Shown: positions 1-10,957 of the stretch, piece after piece
Position numbering within the stretch: the stretch's first letter is position 1
Layout: the number at the start of each line of letters is the position of its first letter
Source: Azolla caroliniana
Taxonomy: Eukaryota; Plantae; Polypodiophyta
DNA: 64,000 nt
Direction: 5' to 3'
NCBI GenBank assembly: GCA_043228905.1
Contig: JBHGNT010000006.1
Span: 10,726,001-10,790,000, forward strand
Notes under the pieces: generated by a model
Seen by the model: the letters and a program-made list of their open reading frames with translations, nothing else
The model's database searches: none
Told to the model about the DNA's origin: nothing
Position numbers and translations under genes: made by a program

Positions 1-50
1 TTTCGGTATTTCGGAAGCTAGTAAGACTCCGGTACCAAGATGGCTCCAGC

Positions 51-2020
51 ATGGCGGAGCACATGAATGCCTTCCAGGGGCTGATACACCAGGCAACATC
101 ATTGGAAGTACCTCTCACCGATGAGGTACTAGCACTACTCCTGCTCGGTTCCCTCCTAGATAGCTGGGAGACGTTGGTTGTCACTTTGGGCAACACCGGG
201 CCGGAAGGGAAACGGTTATCCCTAGCAAGAGTGAAGTTGAGCTTGCTAGATGAGGAGGCGCGTCAGAAAGAAAAGGATACGAACTCCGACTCCAAAGCGC
301 TCATTACCGAATCGGAACACGGAAGACAAAGGAACCGTAGTCCCCAGAACCGGGAGAAGTCGGGGACACGGTCAAAGTCAAGGAGGAGGCCTACCTGCTT
401 CTATTGTGGCAAGTTGGGACACTTCCAGAAGAACTGTCGGCACATCCGAAAAGACAAGGAAACCGATGGTACCGATTCGAAGCGGACACTGGACCGGAAC
501 AGTAAAGACCGGAGGGGAACGAACCGGAAGGGGACGACGGCAATCGCGGCAAGTGAAGAAGAGTTGATGCTCATCACCGAGGAGAGTGAGTTGAACCTTG
601 ACGGTGACGAGACAACGTGGGTTGTTGATTCCGGAGTGTCGTTCCACCTTACCCCGGACCGTAAATACTTCTCATCCTACACAGCCGGTGATCACGGTTG
701 TCTCTGGATGGGGAATGAAGGTACATGCCGAATTATCGGCATAGGAGACGTGTGGTTGACAACACCAACCGGATGCAAGCTACTGCTGAAGGATGTCCGA
801 CACGTTCTAGAGGTTCGACTGAACCTGATATCAGCCGGTCCGCTAGATGATAAAGGCTACACGGGTAGCATCCGGAATAGAGTCATGAAATTCAGCAAAG
901 GGAGCCTGATAGTGGCTCGGGCCCGGAAGGTCAACACGTTGTACCTGATGAATGCCCGGTTATGCCCGGAAGAAGTGAACATGGCTTCCGACACTGCCGA
1001 TGAGGTGTGGCAAGGGAGACTGTGTCACATGAGCGTGAAGGGGATGAAGAGGCTTGCCGATGACAACCTCATTCCAGTGAAGAACGTGCATCTTGAGAGG
1101 TGCACTGACTGCCTAGCCGGTAAATAAAACCGGACCTCCTTCCGATCGAGGACACCGATGAGACGTAATGCACCATTGGAGTTGGTGCATACTGATGTGT
1201 GTCAAGTGGACACGAAGTCACATGCAAGATCTCAGTACTTTGTGACGTTCATAGATGACCACAGCAGGAGGCTGTGGGCCACACCGTTGAAGACGAAGGA
1301 TCAGGTGTTATCCGTCTTCAAGGAGCTCCACGCAAGAGTGGAAAGAGAATCCAGCTGGAAGCTGAATACCGAGGGCAGTTCGAGGAGTACTGCCGCTCGA
1401 AGGGAATCCGGCTCGAATTTACCGTGCCGAAGACGCCGGAACTAAACGGGCTAGCCAAGAGGATGAACCAGACCATAATGGATAGGGTTCGAAGTATGCT
1501 AGCACATGCTAAACTACCCAAGACATTTTGTGTTGAGGCGCTGTCAACAACGACGTATGTGATAAACAGATCACCCTCAGTGCCCTTGGATGGAGACACG
1601 CCGCAGAAGATGTGGACCGGTAAGGAAGTGTCCTATCGGCACCTAAAGGTGTTCAGGGTTCTCGCGTACGTGCATGTTGCTAAGGACCGGAGAGGAAAGT
1701 TGGATCCAAAGACCCGGCCATGCATATTCCTCGGAAACGGCGATGATGAGTTCGGCTACCGAGTGTGGGATCCGATTGACAAGAAGGCTTTCCGGAGCCG
1801 AGATATTATCTTCATGGAGAACAAGACTCTTGCTGACTGGGAGTCGGAGAAGAAGATAATGAACTCCGATGAGATTCGGACCCACCCGGCTAAGAGCCGG
1901 TTGACACTCGAGGAACCAGCCGGTTACGGTGAGGATACCGAACTGGCAGAAGAAGAAGTAGAGGAACCTGAAACCAGAATCGGCCAAGACCCCGAATCAG
2001 ATTCGGGTGAAGAAGAAATA
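51..2020 (+). pseudogene. A1 gag-protease-integrase, disrupted
   Basis: ORFs 51-1127, 1158-1445 and 1274-2047. Premature TAA at 1125-1127. A frameshifting deletion near 1365 removes the KAIRADNGGE segment that is present in A2. Confidence 0.88.
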
Positions 2021-2043
2021 GTGGACACAAGAGCCTGTGCCAC

Positions 2044-4758
2044 ATGAGTGAGAAGGGGATGAAGAGGCTTGCAGAAGACAACCTTATTCCAGTGAAGCAT
2101 GTGCACCTGGAGAAGTGCACCGACTGTCTGGCCGGTAAGCAAAACCGGACCTCCTTCCACTCAAGGCCACTGACGAGACGTAGCGCACCATTGGAGTTGG
2201 TGCACACTAATGTGTGTCAGGTAGAAACGAAGTCACATGGCGGAGCCCAGTACTTCGTAACATTCATTGATGATCACAGCCGGAAGCTGTGGACGGCACC
2301 GTTGAAGACAAAGGACCAAGTATTGTCCGTCTTCAAAGAACTCCACACGAGAGTGGAAAGAGAATCCGGCAAGAAGCTGAAAGCGATACGAGCGGATAAC
2401 GGAGGGGAATACCGGGGGCAGTTCCAGGAGTACTATCGCTCGAAGGGAATCCGGCTCGAGTTCACTGTGCCGAAGACGCCGGAACTAAACGGGCTGGCCG
2501 AGAGGATGAACCGGACCATAATGGAGAGGGTCCGGAGTATGTTGGCGCATGCAAAATTACCCAAGGGGTTTTGGGCTGAGGCAATGTCGACGGCGACATA
2601 TGTGATAAACCGATCACCCTCAGTACCTTTGGACGGAGACACGCCGCAGAGAGTGTGGACCGGTAGGCAAATATCTTACCGGCATCTGAAGGTGTTCGGG
2701 TGTCTCGCATACGTGCATGTGGCAAAGGACCGGAGAGGAAAGCTAGATCCAAAGACCCGGCCATGCATATTCCTCGGTTACGGCGACGACGAGTTCGGCT
2801 ACCGAGTATGGGACCCGGTCGACAAGAAGATATTCCGGAGTCGTGATATCATCTTCGTGGAGAACAAGACACTCGCCGACTGGGAGTCGGAGAAGAAGAT
2901 GAAGAGCTCCAAATCGACCGGTGAGGATCAACTCTACGAGGAGCAGTCCCGACCGGCAAGGGACCGGTTAGCACTCGAGGACCCGGCCGAAGACGGTGAA
3001 GAAACAGAACCGGCCGAAGAAGATGAAAATGATACCGGAACCGGCCCCGATCCCGAAATGGATTCGGATGAAGAAGAATCGGAAGAACCAGTTATCGAAG
3101 CTCCGGAATGGAGATATCCTCTAAGAGAGAGAAGGGCCCCCCGGAGATTTCCGGAACCAGAGCACGTGCTGCTAACCGACGAGGGGGAGCCGGAGAGCTT
3201 TGAAGAAGCAAAGCATGACACCCAGAGCCGCAGGTGGTTGAGTGCCATGCAGGACGAGATGGATTCCCTGCATGAGAACCACACATACGAACTTGTGGAG
3301 TTGCCGAATGGAAAGCGGGCACTTCGAAACAAGTGGGTGTTCAAGCTGAAACCGGGAGATGCCGGAAACCCCCCGAGATACAAAGCCAGGATCGTGGTGA
3401 AGGGGTTTCAGCAGAAGAAGGGCGTCGACTTCGACGAAATATTTGCCCCGGTAGTGAAGATGACCTCCATCCGGACGGTGCTGAGCATAGCGGCAAGCAT
3501 GGACCTCGAGGTAGAACAGATGGACGTGAAGACGGCATTCCTTCACGGCGACCTCGAAGAAGAGATCTACATGCAGCAACCGGAAGGATTCGAGAAGAAA
3601 GGGAAGGAGCACCTGGTATGCCGGTTGAAGAAGAGCCTTTACGGACTGAAGCAGGCACCCCGGCAATGGTACCGGAAGTTCGACTCCTTCATGACCGACG
3701 AAGGGTACCACAAAACGCAGTCTGATCACTGCGTGTTTGTGAAGAAGTTCGAAGGAGGAGACTTTCTAATACTCCTCCTGTACATGGACGACATGTTGAT
3801 CGTCGGACGGGACCAGGTCAAGATACGGATGCTGAAGAAGGCTCTTCACCGAACCTTCTCAATGAAGGACTTGGGACCGGCGAGGCAAATACTAGGGATG
3901 CATATCATCCGGGACCGGAAGAAGAAGCAGTTGTGGCTGTCACAGGAGAAGTACGTGACAAAGGTGCTTCAACGGTTCAACATGTCGGAAGCAAGACCTG
4001 TCGGGTCAACCCTCCCAGCAAACTGCAAGCTGTCCAGCAAGCAAAGTCCCAAGACAAAGGCTGAAAAGGAGGATATGATGAAAGTGCCGTATGCCTCAGC
4101 CGTCGGGAGCTTGATGTACGCCATGGTGTGTACGAGACCGGACATCGGATATGCAGTCGGAGTGGTGAGCCGGTACATGAGCAATCCCGGAAAAGAGCAT
4201 TGGAACGCGGCCAAGTGGATACTCCGATACCTGAAGGGCACGGCAAACGTGTGCCTCCGATTCGGCTCCGGTAAGCCCGAACTCGACGGCTTCACCGATT
4301 CGGATATGTCGGCTGATGCAGATACCAGCCGGTCCACATCAGGGTATGTGATGACGTATGCAGGGGGAGCTGTTTCGTGGCAGTCGAGGCTGCAGAAGAC
4401 GGTTGCGTTGTCAACCACGGAGGCGGAGTACATGGCGGCTGTTGAAGCCGGCAAGGAAATAATATGGATGAAGGACTTCATTAGAGAGCTCGGGATCCGG
4501 CAGGAGGAGTACCGACTCTACTGCGATAGTCAGAGTGCCATCCACCTTGCGAAGAACGCGGCCTATCACTCCCGGACGAAGCACATCCAGCGAAGATATC
4601 ACTGGATCCGGGAAAGGATAGAAGACCAGGAGTTCGTGCTGACGAAGATCCACACGAACGAGAACGGCTCAGATATGCTGACCAAAGTTCTCACACCCGA
4701 CAAGCTGGAAGCATGCCGGAAGAGGATCGGATTGGAGAGACATCCCATGCCGAAGTGA
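2044..4758 (+). CDS. A2 Pol fragment (integrase-RT-RNase H), 904 aa open frame
   Basis: Motifs ADNGGEY, QMDVKTAFLHG, SLYGLKQAPRQW, YMDDM, FTDSD, HIQRRYHWIRE. The first catalytic integrase Asp reads Asn (LVHTNVC versus LVHTDVC in A1). Confidence 0.9.
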   Translation: MSEKGMKRLAEDNLIPVKHVHLEKCTDCLAGKQNRTSFHSRPLTRRSAPLELVHTNVCQVETKSHGGAQYFVTFIDDHSRKLWTAPLKTKDQVLSVFKELHTRVERESGKKLKAIRADNGGEYRGQFQEYYRSKGIRLEFTVPKTPELNGLAERMNRTIMERVRSMLAHAKLPKGFWAEAMSTATYVINRSPSVPLDGDTPQRVWTGRQISYRHLKVFGCLAYVHVAKDRRGKLDPKTRPCIFLGYGDDEFGYRVWDPVDKKIFRSRDIIFVENKTLADWESEKKMKSSKSTGEDQLYEEQSRPARDRLALEDPAEDGEETEPAEEDENDTGTGPDPEMDSDEEESEEPVIEAPEWRYPLRERRAPRRFPEPEHVLLTDEGEPESFEEAKHDTQSRRWLSAMQDEMDSLHENHTYELVELPNGKRALRNKWVFKLKPGDAGNPPRYKARIVVKGFQQKKGVDFDEIFAPVVKMTSIRTVLSIAASMDLEVEQMDVKTAFLHGDLEEEIYMQQPEGFEKKGKEHLVCRLKKSLYGLKQAPRQWYRKFDSFMTDEGYHKTQSDHCVFVKKFEGGDFLILLLYMDDMLIVGRDQVKIRMLKKALHRTFSMKDLGPARQILGMHIIRDRKKKQLWLSQEKYVTKVLQRFNMSEARPVGSTLPANCKLSSKQSPKTKAEKEDMMKVPYASAVGSLMYAMVCTRPDIGYAVGVVSRYMSNPGKEHWNAAKWILRYLKGTANVCLRFGSGKPELDGFTDSDMSADADTSRSTSGYVMTYAGGAVSWQSRLQKTVALSTTEAEYMAAVEAGKEIIWMKDFIRELGIRQEEYRLYCDSQSAIHLAKNAAYHSRTKHIQRRYHWIRERIEDQEFVLTKIHTNENGSDMLTKVLTPDKLEACRKRIGLERHPMPK

Positions 4759-4768
4759 AGGGGGAGCT

Positions 4769-5522
4769 TGTTGGGATTTCGGTCCCTCCGGATGGGATGT
4801 CCGGAGATGAATGACGGCAAGCCCGGTTGCGGCTACGGAGCCGGATGACGAAGACCCCGGCTACGGAGCCGGATGATGAATACCCCGGCTACGGAGCCGG
4901 ATGACGAAGACCCCGGTTACGGAGCCGGATGATGAAGACCCCGGCTACGGAGCCGGATGACGAAGACCCCGGTTACGGAGCCGGATGATGAATACCCCGG
5001 CTACGGAGCCGGATGCTGAAGAACCCCGGTTACGGAGCCGGATGATGAATGTACCCGGAGAGAGATCCGGATGCGGGGACATATTTGTGAATATGTTTTC
5101 CAAGAGCCCTTGAGGCTTTATTTGTAAATAGCCCAAAAGTCATATGTGTATAAATATGACTTAGGGCAAACAGTTTAATAGTTGTTGCTCATTTTCTGTT
5201 TTCCACTAAGAGGGAGCGAAGTGAGAGCAGCCGAGAGAGAGTGAGAGAGAAGGAGGAAGGAAGAGGTCGACGCCTCTGTGTAATACCGCCGCCTGTGGCG
5301 AGGACAGCGAGCTCAAGGTCGTCGCCTTGCAGCTCGCCATTGTACATTCCCGCGTATAGTGATAGTTGGAGTCTTGCACTCCCGTGGTTTTTCCCATTTA
5401 GGGTTTTCCACGTAAAACATCCAGTGTGCCCTTCTCTCTATTGTTTTCGTGCATTGGTGTATTTCCCGTTTTCTGTGAATCGATCCTGTTCCTCGGTTGT
5501 GGCCGAAGGCGGAACCCCGACA
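4769..5522 (+). repeat. 3' LTR of A2
   Basis: TG...CA ends directly after the PPT. Closely similar to the solo LTR at 39834-40555. Confidence 0.88.
4831..5050 (+). repeat. ~8 x 28-bp tandem array in the U3 region of the A2 LTR
   Basis: Unit GGYTACGGAGCCGGATGAYGAAKACCCC at 4831, 4859, 4887, 4915, 4943, 4971, 4999 and ~5028. Confidence 0.92.
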
Positions 5523-7009
5523 AGAACCATACGTACGAATTGGTGGAGTTACCGAAAGAAAAGCGGGCACTCCGAAATAAGTGGGTGTACAAGTTGAAAC
5601 CAGGAGATGCCGGCAAACCCCCGAGATACAAAGCCAAGATCGTGGTGAAGGGGTTCCAGCAGAAGAAGGGCGTGGACTTCGACGAGATATTTGCCCTGAT
5701 AGTAAAGATGACTTCCATCCGGACGGTGTTGAGTATAGCGGCAAGCATGGACCTCGAGGTAGAGCAGCTGGACGTGAAGACGGCATTCCTTCACGGTGAC
5801 CACGAAGAGGAGATCTACATGCAACAACCGGAAGGATTTGTGGAGAAAGGGAAGGAGCACCTGGTTTGCCGATTGAAGAAGAGCTTGTACGGACTGAAGC
5901 AGGCTCCCCGACAATGGTACCGGAAGTTTGACTCCTTCATGACCAACCAAGGGTATCACAAAACGCAAACCGATCACTGTGTGTTTCTGAAGAAGTTCGA
6001 AGGAGGCGACTTCCTGATACTCCTTCTGTATGTGGACGACATGTTGATCGTCGGATGGGACCAAGCCAAAATACGGATGCTGAAGAAGGCTCTCAATCGA
6101 ACCTTTGCAATGAAAGACTTGGGCCTAGCAAGACAGATACTGGGGATGCACATCATCCAGGACCGGTCGAAGAAGCAATTGTGGTTGTCACAGGAGAAAT
6201 ACGTGACAAAGGTGCTTCAGCGGTTCAACATGTTAGAAGCAAAACCGGTCGGATCGACACTCCCGGCAAACTACAGACTATCCGGTAAGCAAATCCCGAA
6301 GACGAAAGTAGAGAAGGCGGATATGGTGAAGGTTCCATATGCCTCTGCCATCGGGAGCTTGACGTACGCAATGGTGTGTACTCGGCCAGATATTGGATAC
6401 GCAATCGGAGTGGTGAGCCGGTTTATGAGCAATCTCGGCAAGGAGCACTGGAACGCGGTCAAATGGATACTCCGGTACTTGAAGGGCACTTCGAATATGT
6501 GTCTCCAATTTGGCTCTAGTAAACCTCAACTTGACGGTTTTACCAATTCGGACATGTCGGCTGATGTGGATACCAACCGGTCTACATCCGGGTATGTAAT
6601 GACATATGCAGGGGGAGCTATTTCGTGGCAGTCGAGGCTGCAGAAGATAGTTGCGTTGTCAACCACGAAGGCGGCGGAGTACATGGCGGTTGTGGAAGCC
6701 GGCAAGGAAATATTATGGATGAAGGACTTCATCGGTGAGCTCCGTATCCGGCAAGATGAATATCGGCTCTATTGCGACAGTCAAAGTGCCATCCACCTTG
6801 CTAAGAACATAGCATACCATTCCAGAACAAAGCACATCTAGCGTAGGTATCACTAGATCCGGGAGCGAGTAGAAGATCGAGAGTTTGCGCTGACGAAGAT
6901 CCACACGGCCTAGAGCGGGTCAGATATGCTGACCAAAGTACTGATACCCGACAAGCTGGATGCATGTCAGAAGCGGATTGGACTAGTAAGACATCCCATG
7001 CCAGAGTGA
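5523..7009 (+). pseudogene. A1 RT-RNase H with premature stops
   Basis: ORF to 6841 (QLDVKTAFLHG, YVDDM), several in-frame TAG codons after it, natural end HPMPE-TGA matching the A2 end HPMPK-TGA. Confidence 0.88.
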
Positions 7010-7019
7010 AGGGGGAGTT

Positions 7020-7732
7020 TGTTAGGAAACAGGTCCCTCCGGATGGGAAGTGAGAAGAACCGGATGTGGAGGTGAGAACCGGATGAAGACCCGGTGAGAA
7101 CCGGATGTGGAGTACCCGGCAACGGAAGACCCGGTGAGAACCGGATGTGGAGTACCCGGCAATGGAAGACCGGGTGAGAACCGGATGTGGCGTACCCGGC
7201 AACGGTAGACCCGGTGAGAACCGGATGACGAGTACCCGGCAACGGAAGACCCGGTGAGAACCGGATGACGAGTACCCGATGACGGAAGACCCGGTGAGAA
7301 CCTCTCATCAGATGGAAGGGACATATATGTAAATATGTTCCAGAGAGCCCACTGGGGCTATATTTGTAAATAGCCCGAAAGTCATATTAGTATAAATATG
7401 ACCTAGGGCAAACTTAATAGTAATCATGTAGAGTTGGTTGTGTTATTATCGTTGTGGCGATAATTCAGAGCGTAACTGCGTATAGAGAAGAGAGAGAGAG
7501 GAAGAGGTCGTTGCCTCTGTGCCCCATTGTTGTAATCTTGATATAGTGATATTTTGCAGTCTGAGGGCTGCCATGGTTTTTTCCCAGATTTGGGTTTTCC
7601 ACGTTAACATCCAGTGCACTCTCTTCTTTACTGTTTCGTGTGTAGATACATCTCACCACATCCTTGTTTTCTGTGCTTGATCCGATGTCTCGGTTGTGGC
7701 CGAGCATAGCTTAGGAAACTGTATTCCTATCA
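7020..7732 (+). repeat. 3' LTR of A1 containing a ~5.5 x 40-bp array (7085-7302)
   Basis: Starts TGTTAGGAAACAGGTCCCTCCGG after the PPT. Unit GAAGACCCGGTGAGAACCGGATGTGGAGTACCCGGCAACG has period 40. Ends CCTATCA where element B coding resumes. Confidence 0.85.
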
Positions 7733-10700
7733 TGAAACATAGAGCAAACTCTATGTCGGCCTCTACCTCAACTAGTGCCCTCAATCCGGAGGACGTATGG
7801 TTTGTTGACTACGGAGCCTCAAACCATATGACATCTCATAAAGAATGGTTTCTCGAACTTCGAGAGCCAGAGGGTTATGTCGAAACCGGAGATGACACTA
7901 CGCACCTGATTCGGCACATCGGCAATGTTCCGTTCAGTGAAAGAGGTAAGCAAACATACATTAAAAATGTCTTGCATGTTCCCACCATCACGAAGAATTT
8001 GGTCTTGGTCGGCCAAATGGTTGAGCAAGGGATGCAAGTATGATTCGACCAAGAAGGGTGCTTCATCGAAAAAGAGGGCCGAATCATCGCGCGCGGAAGA
8101 AGAGAGGGCCTGATGTTCATTCTCTATTCACACGAGATGAAATCCACCATGTTCTCAAAAAGCACGAAAGCCGACTCCGACATAGAGCTATGGCACAAGC
8201 GAATCGCCCACATTAATCTCAACAAACTCAAAGCAATGAAATCGAAAGGATTCGTCATCGGACTCTCGACATTCAAAGAGAAGGAGATTGAAGGTGTATG
8301 CGAAGCGTGCCAATTCGGCAAGCAACACCGACACCCATTCCCGAAAGAGCGGAACGTGAGCAAAGGTCTACTCGACGTAGTCCATTCCGACGTATGGGGA
8401 CTGGCGCAAACGGCTACATTCGGCGGATGCCAATATTATGTGCTCTTCATCGACGACTTCTCCAGGTACACGTGCCTCTATCCGATGCGGCAAAAGAGCG
8501 AAGTGTTCAGACACTTCCAAAGGTTTAAAAACGAAGTCAAAAAAGCCACTGGTCATCATGTACGTTGCCTTCGATTAGATGGCGGCAAGGAGTACTTCTC
8601 GGACGATTTCACGGCGTATCTCCGAAAGGAAGGAATTCGACAAGAATAGCCCAACCGACACACTCCGCAACAAAATGGAGTAGCTGAGCACAAAAATTGG
8701 CACATCCTCGAAGTAGCGCGGGCCATGATGAACGAGAAGCATATGCCCAAGTCATATTGGGCTGAAGCTGCAAATACAGCCGTCTACCTAATGAATCGGT
8801 GCACAACATCCGGAGTGCACGAGGTCACTCCGCACGAAAAATACTTCGAAAAGAAGCCGGACTTATCGCACACCCGGATATTCGGTGCGATAGCATACGT
8901 GCACATACCTGACGAAAAGCGGCAAAAGCTAGATACCACAAGGCTAAGTGGGCCACAAGAGCCCCCGAGCGATCAAAGCACATCCCGGCCTAGCCCGAAG
9001 ATGGACAAAGGCAAGGCGAAAATGTCGGAATACGAAGACGATCGCTTCGACGAAGATGAGTCGACTCACTCACTAGACAGTGAGTTCGGCGGCTTCGATG
9101 TACCAATCGGAGCTAAGAAAGCCCTCATCTCTGCAAATGAAAAGCTCTGCCGCTCCACCCGTGAAAAGAATCCAACGACTACATGGCATATCACTATGCC
9201 TTTATGATGAAGGTGGCGACAGTACGCGAGCCGGAAACATTTTCCGAAGCAGCCGAGGATCTGCGATGGATCGAAGCCATGAACGAGGAGATGCAGGCAC
9301 TACACAAGAGCGAGACGTGGGATCTCGTTCCCACCTCACCACACAAAAAGGCGATCGGATGCAGATGGATTTACAACGTTGACGATTCCGTCAACCGCTA
9401 CAAAGCGCGACTCGTAGCGAAAGGCTACGCACAAACACACGGAGTTGACTATGAAGAGACCTTTGCCCCGGTGGCAAAGATGACGACGGTACGGACCGTA
9501 ATTGCGCTTGCCACGGCGAAAGGGTGGCACCTCCATCAAATGGACGTCAAGAACACCTTTCTACAAGGCGAATTAGAAGAAGAGGTGTACATGATACAAT
9601 CACCCGGCTTCAACTCAAGCACCCATCCGAAAGTTGTATGCCGACTCAAGAAGCCACTCTATGGCCTCAAGCAAGCACCGCGTGCTTGGCATTCGAAGAT
9701 AACGCAATATCTTCATCAAACCGGCTTCCGTATGTCAAACTCAGACAACTCCCTCTCCATACGAAGCGATTCCGCAAGTCCGATCATCATCATCTTATAT
9801 GTGGATGACCTAGTCATTGGAGATGAGCATCTCGTCGAAATCAATAGAGTCAAATCCCTCCTTTCCGACAAGTTCAAGATGACGGACATGAAGGAGCTCC
9901 ACTACTTCCTCGGCATTGAGGTAATTCGGACTCCAGCCGGAATCATGATCTCTCAATGGCACTACATCCTCAACTTGTTATACAAGTTCGGTATGGCTGA
10001 GTGCAAATCCGCAGCAACCCCACTCGATTGCAATCTCAAACTAGATGCGAACTCCATCACCAAAGCGTGTGAGCTTACTCAATATCGGCAACTCATTGGG
10101 AGTCTCATCTACCTCACAATCACTCGACCCGATCTCAGTTATCCGGTCGGTCTCCTTAGAGCGCGTTCTAGCCGGCGATGTCGACCTACAACACATTAGC
10201 ACAAACCTTCAAGCGGCCGACATCTTCACCAAAGCCTTAGGAGCCGACAAGCTATGACAATTCATGACCGATCTCGGATTGACTATCCCTGACCTGCCAA
10301 GCTTGAGGGGGAGTATTGAAGACACTACGCAATAACGTGTGGATTCCACAATCGTGCAACGAAGCCGCAAAGAGCCGATCTACTGCGCAAAGCCGTGAAG
10401 AAAGACGCAAGCCGAAGCACAGACTTCGCAACTATGCACAACGCAAGCTGGAGCACAGATTCCGCAACTCCGCATAAATGTGAGTCGACGCGGACTCGAG
10501 AATGTGAGTCGAAGTGGATTTCGGATACCGTCTGAAACCGACCCGACTTGAGCTTGAGGGAGCGTGTTGAGAATCAAGCTCAACTTGGTCTAGTATGTGA
10601 ACTCACCTTGAGAGTGAATAGACACTCCAACAGTCAAGAGTCACCATTATGTCACCACTTTGTATTCTAGCATTTAGTATGAGTCATAGAATCATATTCT

Positions 10701-10957
10701 ATGACACATAACTTATGAGCTTTCACATTCCCCATGCTCCATGAGTCTTATAGTTAATGAAGAGAGAGGGTGACTATATAAAGCACCCTCCTCCCACCTT
10801 GTAAAAGGTTGAGTCTTTCTCCTTTGTTAATATACTTTACCTTGTGTATTCTCTATGTCTTACTCCGTGTCTCTCTCTCACTCTCTCTCTCTCTCTCATA
10901 CACACACACAATTCATATCTATTCCGCTGCACAGAATCCATCTCTTGATTCTTTACA
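7733..10957 (+). mobile_element. Ty1/copia element B (3' part, decayed), related to element G
   Basis: MKHRANSM..WFVDYGASNHM protease, WHKRIAH, VHSDVWG integrase, RT YVDDL. Internal deletions near 8934 and 10158 (most of RNase H lost). PPT GCTTGAGGGAG and 3' LTR 10565-10957. Confidence 0.87.
10565..10957 (+). repeat. 3' LTR of B
   Basis: TGTTGAGAATC...GATTCTTTACA, TATA-like TATATAAA near 10775, (CT)n. Followed directly by Gypsy C Gag coding. Confidence 0.8.

Larger units (their letters stand above)
2021..5522 (+). mobile_element. Ty1/copia element A2 (close relative of A1), 5'-truncated, nested in A1
   Basis: A second GAG-pre-integrase/integrase starts near 2021, followed by RT-RNase H, PPT ~4757-4766 and LTR 4769-5522. 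A1 coding (NHTYELVELP) resumes at 5523. Confidence 0.85.
1..7732 (+). mobile_element. Ty1/copia LTR retrotransposon A1; 5' end outside window; interrupted by element A2 at ~2021-5522
   Basis: Copia domain order: Gag (LLLGSLLDSWETLV), CCHC knuckle CFYCGKLGHFQKNC, protease WVVDSGVSFH, integrase (LVHTDVC), then after A2 the RT (YVDDM) and RNase H, PPT GAAGGGGGAG and a 3' LTR TGTTAGG...CCTATCA. Confidence 0.9.

Noticed and set aside
5426-5522. Novel N-terminus on the 471-aa RT ORF (likewise ORFs starting at 7696 and 10855)
   Set aside because: Chance read-through from LTR ends into the interrupted host element's coding frame.
6967-7324. Repetitive peptides from LTR arrays (also 39810-40238)
   Set aside because: Translations of non-coding U3 tandem repeats.
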